Assembly: GCA_963715335.1 (NCBI GenBank)
Contig: CAVQRZ010000032.1
Span: forward strand, 1 to 43,340
Source: an uncultured delta proteobacterium
GTDB taxonomy: Bacteria > Desulfobacterota > Desulfuromonadia > Desulfuromonadales > BM103
Length of the DNA stretch: 43,340 nucleotides
Direction of reading: 5' to 3'
Shown: positions 1-8,724 of the stretch, in pieces
Layout of the letters: each line of letters opens with the position of its first letter
Position numbering within the stretch: position 1 is the first letter of the stretch
Notes under the pieces: model-generated
The model's input: the letters and a program-made list of their open reading frames with translations, nothing else
Databases searched by the model: none
Told to the model about the DNA's origin: nothing
Program-made: the position numbers and the translations under genes

Positions 1-44
1 GTATGAAACTACGGAGACACAAGTCAAAGCGGACAGATCTCAAG

Positions 45-80
45 AAAAAGGGATGAGAACCTCGCCGAAGTTTTCATCCC
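45..80 (-). terminator. Rho-independent terminator downstream of the repeat-protein gene
   Basis: Minus strand reads GGGATGAAAAC-ttcggcgag-GTTCTCATCCC followed by TTTTT, 28 nt after the stop at 109. Confidence 0.75.
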
Positions 81-108
81 GAATAAGTATAGCTGCAAGA
101 GACCAGAT

Positions 109-546
109 TTAACTGCGGTCTTTGTCCTGATCTTTCAGCTGGTCTTTGTCCTGATCTTTCAGCTGGTCTTTGTCCTGATCTTTCAGCTGGTCTTTGTCCT
201 GATCTTTCAACTGGTCTTTGTCCTGATCTTTCAGCTGATCCCGGTCACGGTCCCGGCTGCGCTCCTGTTCCATTGTCCGGGTGCGTTCCATTTCTACGGA
301 ACCCTTGCCGAAGCCGCCGGTTTCTGCAGGACTGCCATGCTCGCCCGGCCCACCCGCATCAGCGTTGCCACCACCGCTACCGGAGCCACCACCGCTACCG
401 TCACCCCCGCCAGCCTTGGCTAAATAAATCGTTGATGGCCCTTCATGATTCCCGTTGACGGCCTCTACAGGGATGGCCCAAACAACCAGAATCAAGCTGG
501 CAAGGCCAACCATGAGCACTTTGACGATTTTGCGTATTCTTTTCAT
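109..546 (-). CDS. Secreted low-complexity protein (Gly-rich linker, C-terminal DQLKDQDK repeats), 145 aa
   Basis: ATG at 546 preceded by AAGGAG; signal peptide MKRIRKIVKVLMVGLASLILVVWAIPVEA; the upstream extension to 768 in the ORF track lacks an RBS. Confidence 0.75.
   Translation of the reverse strand: MKRIRKIVKVLMVGLASLILVVWAIPVEAVNGNHEGPSTIYLAKAGGGDGSGGGSGSGGGNADAGGPGEHGSPAETGGFGKGSVEMERTRTMEQERSRDRDRDQLKDQDKDQLKDQDKDQLKDQDKDQLKDQDKDQLKDQDKDRS
117..236. repeat. Coding tandem repeat, 5 x 24 bp (GGTCTTTGTCCTGATCTTTCAGCT)
   Basis: Five consecutive copies with one G>A change in copy 4; encodes the DQLKDQDK repeat on the minus strand. Confidence 0.97.
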
Positions 547-808
547 GACAATTCTCCTTATACGCCGCCCGCCCTTCTCGGCGTGAAAATTGCGCCACTG
601 CAGCCGGAGCGACTCAGCCATCCCCAACCCAGCAACAATCTTGAACATCGACAAACCTCTGACCTCTTTCATTGTCACATACTTCTGAGGCAACACAATT
701 GGACAAAAGGTTACAGATGCACGTAGAAAGTACGATACTAAATCATCAATGGTCTTGTCGGTTCGCATTGTTATTTTGTATCAATTGCCACTTATCAGCC
801 TTGACCTA

Positions 809-824
809 TACTCATTAAGTGGTA
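809..824. promoter_or_regulatory. Putative NarL-type 7-2-7 operator in the divergent promoter region
   Basis: TACTCAT-TA-AGTGGTA matches TACYNMT-n2-AKNRGTA exactly; lies just downstream of TTGACC (801-806) and 50 nt before the LuxR gene. Confidence 0.4.
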
Positions 825-873
825 AAAGTTAAAAATACCTCATATTTAAATATCCACCTTCGACTACTTTACG

Positions 874-1485
874 GTGACTAGCGTGACTATTAACATTCAG
901 CTGGCCCTAAGTAACCATCTCTTTTGCGAAGGCGTCAAAAAACTCGCCAGTGAAACCTGTGCCGGTTTCATTTTCAACGATGTTCATGAAAACACTACGG
1001 CCTTTACAGCAGATATCGTCCTCTTCGATGCCAAGAGAGACATTAGTGACTTGATCAATACACATCCCGAGGCCAAGTTCGTTCTCGTCGACACGGGGCT
1101 CAAAGAGACCGACCTGGCATGTCTTCTTTTGTGCTATCACATCAGCGGCATTATCCCTCAGGATACTGATCTGACGAACTTCAGCAAGGCCCTGAAAGTG
1201 ATTTATGATGGCGATGTCTGGATCGATCAGAAATATCTTAAAATACTGATCAACAAGGGCAAGAAACTGTCTGAGGGAGACGGCGTCAAAGGCTTGAGTG
1301 CCCAAGACATGAAAATTGTCGAGTTCATCTCCTTGGGGTACAAAAATAGCGAGATCGCCGATCAGCTGTGCCTCAGCGAAGTGACGATCAAGGCTCATGT
1401 CAGCAAGATTTTCAAGATGCTCAAGGTCAAGAACCGGACCCAGCTGGCCTGCTTAGCTTGGGACAGTGAATCGCCAGGGCCTTGA
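874..1485 (+). CDS. LuxR/NarL-family transcription factor with atypical receiver domain (CsgD/VpsT-like)
   Basis: C-terminal LSAQDMKIVEFISLGYKNSEIADQLCLSEVTIKAHVSKIFKMLKVKNRTQL is a LuxR HTH; REC-like N-terminus (DIVLFD) lacks the acidic pair and the conserved Lys; GTG start uncertain. Confidence 0.88.
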   Translation: MTSVTINIQLALSNHLFCEGVKKLASETCAGFIFNDVHENTTAFTADIVLFDAKRDISDLINTHPEAKFVLVDTGLKETDLACLLLCYHISGIIPQDTDLTNFSKALKVIYDGDVWIDQKYLKILINKGKKLSEGDGVKGLSAQDMKIVEFISLGYKNSEIADQLCLSEVTIKAHVSKIFKMLKVKNRTQLACLAWDSESPGP

Positions 1486-1591
1486 ATACCAGACGCCATT
1501 GCGTCCTTTCCAAGGTATCGACAGTTCGCTGGCTTCACAGCACTTGCATAGATAAAAAGACATCCGATTGCTTCACTTGCAGGAGGTGCCC

Positions 1592-4165
1592 ATGATCAGA
1601 TCGTTTTTATCTCACGTCTCATTGCTGTGTTTTCTCCTGTCTGTAACGGTCTTGCCGACATGGTCTCAGGAGGCTCTTACCGAGCAACCGGAATCTGTAG
1701 AACAAATCGCAGCCACAGAGACCAAATCTTTTTCCGGTATCGAAATGGGCTCGTTTCGTCTGCTACCGGAGTTGACTGTCTCCGGAATGTACGATGACAA
1801 CATTTACGCAACTCGCACTGAAACAAAATCGGATCGCATCCTTCACCTGTTCCCGTCCCTCGAGCTCAAATCAAATTGGTCAAAACACGACTTCGGTCTC
1901 AACCTTGGGGCAGACATCGCCAGATACGATAAATACACAGACGAGGATTTCGAGGACTACTGGGGATCGGCAAATGGTCGTTATGACGTCTCAGAGGCCC
2001 TTAACCTGTTTGGCGGCATCAGCTACAGTCGTGAGCACGAGGAGCGCGGGTCTCCCGAGGATCAAAACGGCATTGAACCGACGATCTTCCATTCCCAGGC
2101 CGCTCATCTTGGCAGTGAGATTAAAATCAACAAACTGACGTTTCGCTTTGGCGGCACGTACGAAGCGCTGGACTTTGACGATGTTGACACCACCACAGGG
2201 TTGACTATCAACAACGATGACCGTGACCGTGAACTGCTGGGCGCCGGGGCCCGGGTCGGCTACGGCTGGTCGGAAGATGTTCAGATTTTTGCGCAGTATA
2301 TTTACGACGATCGACAATACGACAACAAAAGAGATGACAACGGCTACCGTCGCGATTCGGACGGTTACGAACTGGCGGCCGGCCTTAAATATGTCATGAA
2401 ACCTGCCCTCTCAGCGGAACTCTACGCAGGGGCACTGCACCAGGAATATGCAGACGACCGCTTTTCAACCGTCAGTAAACCGGATTTCGGCGCCCAAGTC
2501 ACCTGGCTGCCGAGCCCGGTAGCCAAAATCAGTGGTGTTATCGAGCGCTCCATCGAGGAAACCACCATAATCGGCAGCTCAGGCTACCTCGAGACCCGCT
2601 ACGCTCTCGATGTAGGCTACAACCTGAGCCGCAATACGAGCTTTCACAGTCACCTGCAGCTCTCCGAGGATGATTACCAGGAGATCTCACGGGAAGACAG
2701 GAATATCGAGGCGGGGTTCGGCCTGCAGTACGATCTGAGCAAAAATCTTTTTCTCGGCGCCGACTACAGTTTCAGCCATCGTAATTCGAACGTCGACGGC
2801 GACAGTCCCGACAGCAACGATTATTACCGCCACCAGTTCATGGTCAGCCTCGGCAGTCGACTCTACCCGGTCAAGGATGACCCCCTGGAGGGCTTTACCA
2901 AGGCTCTGACGGGTTTGTACAAGGGCGCTGAACCGCCACGAGGATTTTACCTGGGCGGCTTGTTCTCCTACGGTGCCATGGCGACGAAAGCCAGCGAGGA
3001 GCGCCTGCATGGCGGCTCGAGCAAGGCGGACTTCGGCGCCGACGGAAGTGCCGGCGGCATCTTCAGCGGTTACAGCATCACTCATGATCGCTGGGTATTC
3101 GGTCTGGAGCTGGAAGCAGAGGACAGCTCCTTGGAATGGACGCACAAAAAAAACAAGACCGAGAGCAGGAGGTTTTCCGTCAAACAGAACGAAGGTCTGG
3201 GCGCCAGTGCGCGAATCGGCTACACGATGCTAGACGGCTCGATCCTTTACACCCGCGTCGGTTTTATAAATACCCGCTTTGACACCTCTTACGTGATAAA
3301 CGAGGCCCTTGAGGAAAACTACTCAGAGACCCAGACATTGACCGGCTTGCGGATCGGTGTGGGTCTGGACATCCCGCTTTCCCCGCAGTGGTTCTGGCGC
3401 ATGGAGACAACCTATACCGACTATGAGTCGTATGCCGTCGACTCTGCCGCCTTTGACGAGAAATTTGAACCGGAAGCTCACTTCTTCAGCTTTGGTCTGG
3501 GATGGCGCTTCGATGCCGTGGAAGAGCCTGCATCAGCCCCGATCAGCGAAGATTTGACTGGACCCTACGCCGGAGTACAGCTCGGTTTCGGAACGCTCGC
3601 TACAGAGGTTGAGGGATCGCATAGTGACGGTGGAGGGAGTGAAACAGGCCCCTTTCCATATACTAGCGACTTTGCCGATCAGGGCGTCAATTCAGGCCTG
3701 TTTGTCGGCTACGGTACAATGTTTAACCGCATCTACGTTGGGGCCGAGCTTGAAGCGGAAGTGAATGGCATGGAATGGTTCCGTGAGCGCAAAACATCGG
3801 GTGGCGGCAGGAATTTTTCCGTTGAGATCAAGGAGGGGTATGGCGCCAGCGCCAGGCTCGGCTATCAGTTTCGCAAGGGTACGCTGGGCTATTTGAGAGC
3901 CGGCATCATCAGCTCAAAGGTCATCACCCGATATGCCAAGGGAGGCAACCGGGCCAACGATATTTACCGCGACGATTCTCTCGACGGAGTCCGTTTCGGC
4001 ATCGGTTTCGAAACCCCGATTACCAGCAGGGTTTCTGCCCGCCTTGAATATACCCACACGGACTATGAAGATTACGACCTGGTTACGGCACACACCAATA
4101 GCGACCAGCTGAATTTCGAACACAGCCAGGACTTGGTCAGACTGGGCATCCTGTCCAGGTTCTGA
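1592..4165 (+). CDS. Outer-membrane protein: BBP2-type barrel fused to two OmpA/Omp25-like 8-stranded barrels
   Basis: AGGAGG RBS before ATG 1592; signal peptide; N-part YDDNIY...; alternating aromatic beta-strands; two repeats GFYLGG...GLGWRF and GPYAGV...GILSRF; terminal Phe. Confidence 0.8.
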   Translation: MIRSFLSHVSLLCFLLSVTVLPTWSQEALTEQPESVEQIAATETKSFSGIEMGSFRLLPELTVSGMYDDNIYATRTETKSDRILHLFPSLELKSNWSKHDFGLNLGADIARYDKYTDEDFEDYWGSANGRYDVSEALNLFGGISYSREHEERGSPEDQNGIEPTIFHSQAAHLGSEIKINKLTFRFGGTYEALDFDDVDTTTGLTINNDDRDRELLGAGARVGYGWSEDVQIFAQYIYDDRQYDNKRDDNGYRRDSDGYELAAGLKYVMKPALSAELYAGALHQEYADDRFSTVSKPDFGAQVTWLPSPVAKISGVIERSIEETTIIGSSGYLETRYALDVGYNLSRNTSFHSHLQLSEDDYQEISREDRNIEAGFGLQYDLSKNLFLGADYSFSHRNSNVDGDSPDSNDYYRHQFMVSLGSRLYPVKDDPLEGFTKALTGLYKGAEPPRGFYLGGLFSYGAMATKASEERLHGGSSKADFGADGSAGGIFSGYSITHDRWVFGLELEAEDSSLEWTHKKNKTESRRFSVKQNEGLGASARIGYTMLDGSILYTRVGFINTRFDTSYVINEALEENYSETQTLTGLRIGVGLDIPLSPQWFWRMETTYTDYESYAVDSAAFDEKFEPEAHFFSFGLGWRFDAVEEPASAPISEDLTGPYAGVQLGFGTLATEVEGSHSDGGGSETGPFPYTSDFADQGVNSGLFVGYGTMFNRIYVGAELEAEVNGMEWFRERKTSGGGRNFSVEIKEGYGASARLGYQFRKGTLGYLRAGIISSKVITRYAKGGNRANDIYRDDSLDGVRFGIGFETPITSRVSARLEYTHTDYEDYDLVTAHTNSDQLNFEHSQDLVRLGILSRF

Positions 4166-4370
4166 GAACCTCTCTGCAAAACCCTCTTCTCGTCCCATAA
4201 CCGCCTGCCAGGGAACGAAAGTATCAATACCTTTGGGTCCTAAAATATACCCGCTTGGATCATTGCACCTTAACTTCAGAGTGAGAAAATATTAATACAT
4301 ATTTTCTCCGGAGTATAAGCAGGATTGTGTAGGAAAAAGCCCTGTTATCTGGGCGGAAAAGGAGGCAGCT

Positions 4371-5612
4371 ATGAGAGGCATGGTGAAGTCACAATTTTCA
4401 GGCGCGACCGCGACAAAGAACCTCTTTAAAGCATTGGGGATAGCCGTCGGAATTGTTCTCTTGTTGTTATTTATGACACCTTTCACCAGCAGCACGCTGA
4501 TGGTTGACGAGGCGATGGCTGCAGGTCCTGCCGCACAACAGGGCAGCGGGAAAATGATGGGTGGAGGACAAGGTGGTAAGGGCGGCAAAGGCGATCAGAC
4601 CGCCGGATCCAGAAGTGGCGCCAAAGGAATGAAGGACGCGGTGCTGGCGGAGGAGGGCGATGATGACTCGGATGCCCCCGAGTGGGCCAAGGGCAACCGC
4701 GATGCGAACCCCCATGCACAGGGTGGCGGCCCCCCTGCCGGTTCGGGCACCAAAAAGGGTGACGACTATGGCGATCTCTGGGTGGTCGTGCGTGATCCGG
4801 CAACCGGCGAACCAGAACTTGACATTAACGGCAATGTCCAGCCCATCTTGACGGAGGCGGTCATACCGGTTCTCGATGAGAATGGCAACCCGGTTCTCGA
4901 TGAGAATGGCAACCCGGTTTATACCAACGTCCTTCAGTTGACAGAAGATGGCGAGGTACCGGTGAATTATGAGACCTATCTTCAGGAAGTCGAATTCGGC
5001 CGTTTAAGTAGTAGCCGGTCACCGAACAAGGTGTCGGACAAAGCCCTCGAAGAGGTTCTGAACAAACTAGATCTCGTCATCCCTGAGGAAGGTGAAATCC
5101 CTGATGGGATCATCACGGTCGATACTGCCGGGCGGCTTGTGATCGACGGCGCAACCGTTGATTCCCCGCTCGAGAACCTGGCTTTGTACGAAGCCCTGAT
5201 TGGCGGAACGCTTGATGATAAGTATACGGCGGTGTTGCCGGTTGACAAATTGACTCTGGCAGCGAGCCTGCTGGCAGCGGCTGCGGATAAATCAGGTGAG
5301 ATAACCCTCGACCTGGTGTTCTACCAGAATGCAATCCTTGGCCTCACCGGGACGCCGGATACTCCTGATTATATCGATTACTCTGGTCTCACCTACGATA
5401 GAAGCGTCTACGATGAAGACTACACTTATTTCTATTACGTTGGCACCGTCCCGACTGCGGACACGATCAATCTCAAGAGCTACCTGGAGTATATAAACGG
5501 GACACTGCCAACCGGTGCTGCTGCCATCTTCGCAGCAGCAACCGACGATGCTCTGAAAATCATCGAACTGATCCACGACGAGGTCCGCGATGAGCAGATC
5601 ATAATGCCATAG
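4371..5612 (+). CDS. Exported acidic hypothetical protein with Gly-rich linker and EVEFGRL/SPLENLALY/AAADK domain
   Basis: AAGGAGG RBS; hydrophobic N-terminal segment ending AMA; 413 aa; paralogous to the next gene. Confidence 0.85.
   Translation: MRGMVKSQFSGATATKNLFKALGIAVGIVLLLLFMTPFTSSTLMVDEAMAAGPAAQQGSGKMMGGGQGGKGGKGDQTAGSRSGAKGMKDAVLAEEGDDDSDAPEWAKGNRDANPHAQGGGPPAGSGTKKGDDYGDLWVVVRDPATGEPELDINGNVQPILTEAVIPVLDENGNPVLDENGNPVYTNVLQLTEDGEVPVNYETYLQEVEFGRLSSSRSPNKVSDKALEEVLNKLDLVIPEEGEIPDGIITVDTAGRLVIDGATVDSPLENLALYEALIGGTLDDKYTAVLPVDKLTLAASLLAAAADKSGEITLDLVFYQNAILGLTGTPDTPDYIDYSGLTYDRSVYDEDYTYFYYVGTVPTADTINLKSYLEYINGTLPTGAAAIFAAATDDALKIIELIHDEVRDEQIIMP
4866..4919 (+). repeat. Coding tandem duplication, 2.25 x 24 bp (PVLDENGN)
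   Basis: CCGGTTCTCGATGAGAATGGCAAC twice exactly, plus CCGGTT. Confidence 0.95.
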
Positions 5613-5620
5613 CGGCAGGA

Positions 5621-5663
5621 AATTCGTTGGCCACCAATTTGATGGTCAACGAATTGGTGGCCA
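5621..5663. other. Intergenic overlapping inverted repeats (two alternative hairpins)
   Basis: 5628-5639 pairs perfectly with 5652-5663 (12 bp); alternatively 5621-5636 pairs with 5640-5655 (one G-U pair, one mismatch). Confidence 0.7.
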
Positions 5664-5697
5664 TGCAGGAGTGATAAAACACAACAGGGGTGGAACG

Positions 5698-6396
5698 ATG
5701 ATGACAGTTAATCGCAAACAGATTTATCGGTTTTTGTCTCTCTGCCTGACAACGCTGGCCCTGGTCCTATTTCTCGGCGACGCGCCTCTGGCCGTCGCCT
5801 CGGAAGACGGCAGCTCTCACAGCGGCAGCTCTCACAGCGGCGGCCAGGGCAGCAGTCACGCCAGCAAGGGCAAGCGTGGCGGGTCCGGCCATGACAGTGG
5901 TGATCATGGCAGCTCTCACGTTAAAGGCAAGGGCAAAGGCAATCATGGGGGTCAGGCAGGTGACAGTAGCGTAACCAGAGACCGTGGGCGGCGACCGGTC
6001 TGGGCGCAGGAAGGTCTCCCTGAAGTCGAACTGGGCCGTCTGAATGCGGCACGGGCACCCGACCATGTCCTCACCAGGTCTCTGGCAGAAGCTCACACAG
6101 CATTGGCTGCCGACCCCCAGGCCAGCATCCACTCGCCTCCCCAGAACCTGGCACTCTACTGGGAGGCGATGAGCGGTCAAAAAGGATGGAGCCGGGAACA
6201 GGCGGCAGCGTTTCTGGGTGCGGCCGCGGACAAGCGAATCCCGATCACCCCCGACACGGTCAGAGCACTGAACCTCATCCTCGGGGTATCGGATGCGGAC
6301 CCGGCAGGGATGGCACAAGCAGCTGACAGCGTCAGACAGCAGATTCTGGCCGATCATGACCAGGGCACCGAGTCGGGAGGTTCCGGGGGCCACTAG
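5698..6396 (+). CDS. Secreted His/Gly/Ser-rich hypothetical protein with EVELGRL/SPPQNLALY/AAADK domain
   Basis: ATG 5698/5701 after AGGGGTGG; signal peptide ending AVA; GSSH repeats (15-bp duplication at 5809-5838); paralog of 4371..5612. Confidence 0.82.
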   Translation: MMTVNRKQIYRFLSLCLTTLALVLFLGDAPLAVASEDGSSHSGSSHSGGQGSSHASKGKRGGSGHDSGDHGSSHVKGKGKGNHGGQAGDSSVTRDRGRRPVWAQEGLPEVELGRLNAARAPDHVLTRSLAEAHTALAADPQASIHSPPQNLALYWEAMSGQKGWSREQAAAFLGAAADKRIPITPDTVRALNLILGVSDADPAGMAQAADSVRQQILADHDQGTESGGSGGH

Positions 6397-6420
6397 GGTT
6401 CGTTGGTCAAGGAGAAGATT

Positions 6421-6756
6421 ATGCGATGGACACGAGATTTGATTTTGGCTGGTGTTCTCCTGCTTGGCGCCGCCGGCGTGTTTGGGGCTCAGGAGCAGAC
6501 TCGGCCGGGGAGCACTCTTCAGCAACATGAGGACGTCTACGGTTGGCAGATGATGAGCGAGCAGGAGCGCCATGAACATCAACAACAGATGAGAGAGATG
6601 AAAACCGAACCGGAACGCGAGGCCTTCCGCAAGCAACACCACGAAAAGATGCAGGAGCGGGCCCGGCAACAGGGGCTGACGTTGCCGGACAGCCCCGGTC
6701 CTCACGGCAAGGGGATGGGGTCCGGCAGTGGCCATCAGAACAGACGTGGCCAGTAA
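6421..6756 (+). CDS. Small periplasmic Gln/Glu/His/Met-rich helical protein
   Basis: AAGGAG RBS; signal peptide; core VYGWQMMSEQERHEHQQQMREMKTEPEREAFRKQHHEKMQERARQQGLTLPD; Gly-rich tail. Confidence 0.82.
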   Translation: MRWTRDLILAGVLLLGAAGVFGAQEQTRPGSTLQQHEDVYGWQMMSEQERHEHQQQMREMKTEPEREAFRKQHHEKMQERARQQGLTLPDSPGPHGKGMGSGSGHQNRRGQ

Positions 6757-6803
6757 CCATACCAGAAAGGAACCGTCGATTCGCAGCAAGTTGTGAACAA
6801 TTT

Positions 6804-6829
6804 ATGCCCGGGCTGGCAAGCCCGGGCAT
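6804..6829. terminator. Hairpin between convergent genes (probable terminator)
   Basis: Perfect 11-bp stem ATGCCCGGGCT-ggca-AGCCCGGGCAT; weak T tracts. Confidence 0.55.
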
Positions 6830-6852
6830 TGTGCCAGGTAAACGCTTAAGTG

Positions 6853-8529
6853 CTATTGCCTCGTCAAATTACGATAACGAATCCGGTGGGGCTGGTCGGC
6901 GTCCTTGCCGAGACGGCGCTTGCGATCTTCCTCGTATTCCGAGTAATTCCCCTCATACCAGACCACCTGGGAGTTCCCTTCGAAGGCGAGGATGTGGGTC
7001 GCGATGCGATCAAGGAACCAGCGGTCATGGCTGATCACCACAGCGCAGCCGGCGAAATTCTCGAGGGCTTCTTCAAGGGCACGCAGAGTATTGACGTCGA
7101 GGTCGTTAGTCGGTTCGTCGAGCAGCAGGACATTCGATTCCTCGCGCATGATCTTGGCCAGGTGCACGCGGTTACGCTCACCGCCGGAGAGCACGCCGAC
7201 CTTCTTCTGCTGATCACCGCCTGAGAAGTTAAACCGGGCCACGTACCCGCGCGAGTTGACCAACTGCTTGCCGAGCAGCATCTGCTCCTGGCCGCCGGTG
7301 ATTTCCTCGAAGATGGTTTTGCTGCCATCGAGGGGGCGATCCTGGTCGACATAGGCCAGCTTGACTGTCTCGCCAATCTTGAAAGTCCCCGAATCGGCTT
7401 GCTCCTGGCCGGTGATCATGCGGAACAGGGTGGTCTTACCGGCACCGTTGGGGCCAATCACACCGACAATCCCGCCTGGCGGGAGCATGAAGTTCATCTT
7501 TTCGTAAAGCAGCTTGTCATCATAGGCTTTGGATACGTCGCGGGCTTCGACGACGGTGTTGCCGAGACGGGGCCCGGGGGGGATGTAAATTTCCATGTCC
7601 CGCTCGCGCTCTGCCGCGTCCTGATTGAGCAGCTTCTCGTAAGAGCTGATGCGGGCCTGGCCCTTGGCATGGCGCGCCTTGGGGCTCATACGTATCCACT
7701 CGAGTTCGCGCTGCAGGGTCTTCTGACGATTGCTCTCCGCCTTGTCTTCCTTGCGCAGACGCTCCTGCTTCTGCTCCAGCCAACTCGAGTAGTTGCCCTT
7801 CCAGGGAATGCCATGGCCTCGATCAAGCTCAAGGATCCAGCCGGCAACGTTGTCGAGGAAATAGCGATCATGGGTTACGGCGATGATCGTCCCTGCATAG
7901 CGCTGCAGGTGCTGCTCCAGCCAGCCAACGGTTTCAGCGTCGAGGTGGTTGGTCGGCTCGTCGAGCAACAGGATATCGGGCTTCTGCAGCAGCAGGCGGC
8001 AGAGCGCAACGCGGCGCTTTTCACCCCCGGAAAGGATTTTTATGCGAGTGTCCGCCGGTGGGCAGCGCAGGGCGTCCATGGCCAGGTCCAGCCGCGAATC
8101 CAGCTCCCAGGCATCCAGTGCATCGAGCTTGTCCTGGACCACAGCCTGGCGCTCACAGAGTTTTTCCATGTCGCAATCGGGGTCGGCAAAAGCTTCGTTG
8201 ATCGCCTCGAACTCTTTGAGCAGGTCAACGGTCTCCTGAACACCCTCTTCAACCACTTCGCGCACCGTCTTGTCACAGTCGACCAGAGGCTCCTGTTCGA
8301 GATAGCCTACGGTGTAGCCGTCAGAGAGCATCGTCTCGCCATTGAACTCTTTATCGACTCCGGCCATGATCCGCAGCAGGGTCGACTTGCCGGAACCGTT
8401 GAGACCGAGCACACCGATTTTGGCACCGTAAAAGTAGGAAAGGGAAATGTCCTTGATGACCGGCTTGCCGCTGTAGTTCTTGTTGACGCCGACCATCGAG
8501 TAAATGATTTTCTTGGTATCTTCGCTCAT
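6853..8529 (-). CDS. ettA: Energy-dependent translational throttle ABC-F ATPase
   Basis: Two ABC domains ([44 protein letters not shown]); typical [15 protein letters not shown] and PHRIRY termini. Confidence 0.96.
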   Translation of the reverse strand: MSEDTKKIIYSMVGVNKNYSGKPVIKDISLSYFYGAKIGVLGLNGSGKSTLLRIMAGVDKEFNGETMLSDGYTVGYLEQEPLVDCDKTVREVVEEGVQETVDLLKEFEAINEAFADPDCDMEKLCERQAVVQDKLDALDAWELDSRLDLAMDALRCPPADTRIKILSGGEKRRVALCRLLLQKPDILLLDEPTNHLDAETVGWLEQHLQRYAGTIIAVTHDRYFLDNVAGWILELDRGHGIPWKGNYSSWLEQKQERLRKEDKAESNRQKTLQRELEWIRMSPKARHAKGQARISSYEKLLNQDAAERERDMEIYIPPGPRLGNTVVEARDVSKAYDDKLLYEKMNFMLPPGGIVGVIGPNGAGKTTLFRMITGQEQADSGTFKIGETVKLAYVDQDRPLDGSKTIFEEITGGQEQMLLGKQLVNSRGYVARFNFSGGDQQKKVGVLSGGERNRVHLAKIMREESNVLLLDEPTNDLDVNTLRALEEALENFAGCAVVISHDRWFLDRIATHILAFEGNSQVVWYEGNYSEYEEDRKRRLGKDADQPHRIRYRNLTRQ

Positions 8530-8614
8530 GATCCTGTCCTGTCTGAAAGGTTATTTCACAGAACATGGCTTATACACCATCTGGGCACAAGGAGCAAGAG
8601 TGGTCAAGGGGTTT

Positions 8615-8656
8615 CCCAGCCCCTAGCCCCCAGCCCCCGCACTTCAAGTCCCCGCA
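8615..8656. repeat. Degenerate heptanucleotide repeat array (CCCAGCC-type)
   Basis: cccagcc cctagcc cccagcc cccgcac in the divergent intergenic region. Confidence 0.6.
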
Positions 8657-8724
8657 TTTAAAGTTGACTCTTTGATCATGAAGTTGTTCAATCATCCGAC
8701 AACATCACCGAGAGGCAGGAAGAT

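Noticed and set aside
117..236. 24-bp repeats as a CRISPR array
   Set aside because: No spacers, in-frame coding repeat, and no cas genes
5767..6789. 340-aa minus-strand ORF
   Set aside because: Antisense shadow of two plus-strand genes that have RBSs and signal peptides
7399..8661. 420-aa plus-strand ORF
   Set aside because: Antisense to ettA; typical high-GC shadow frame
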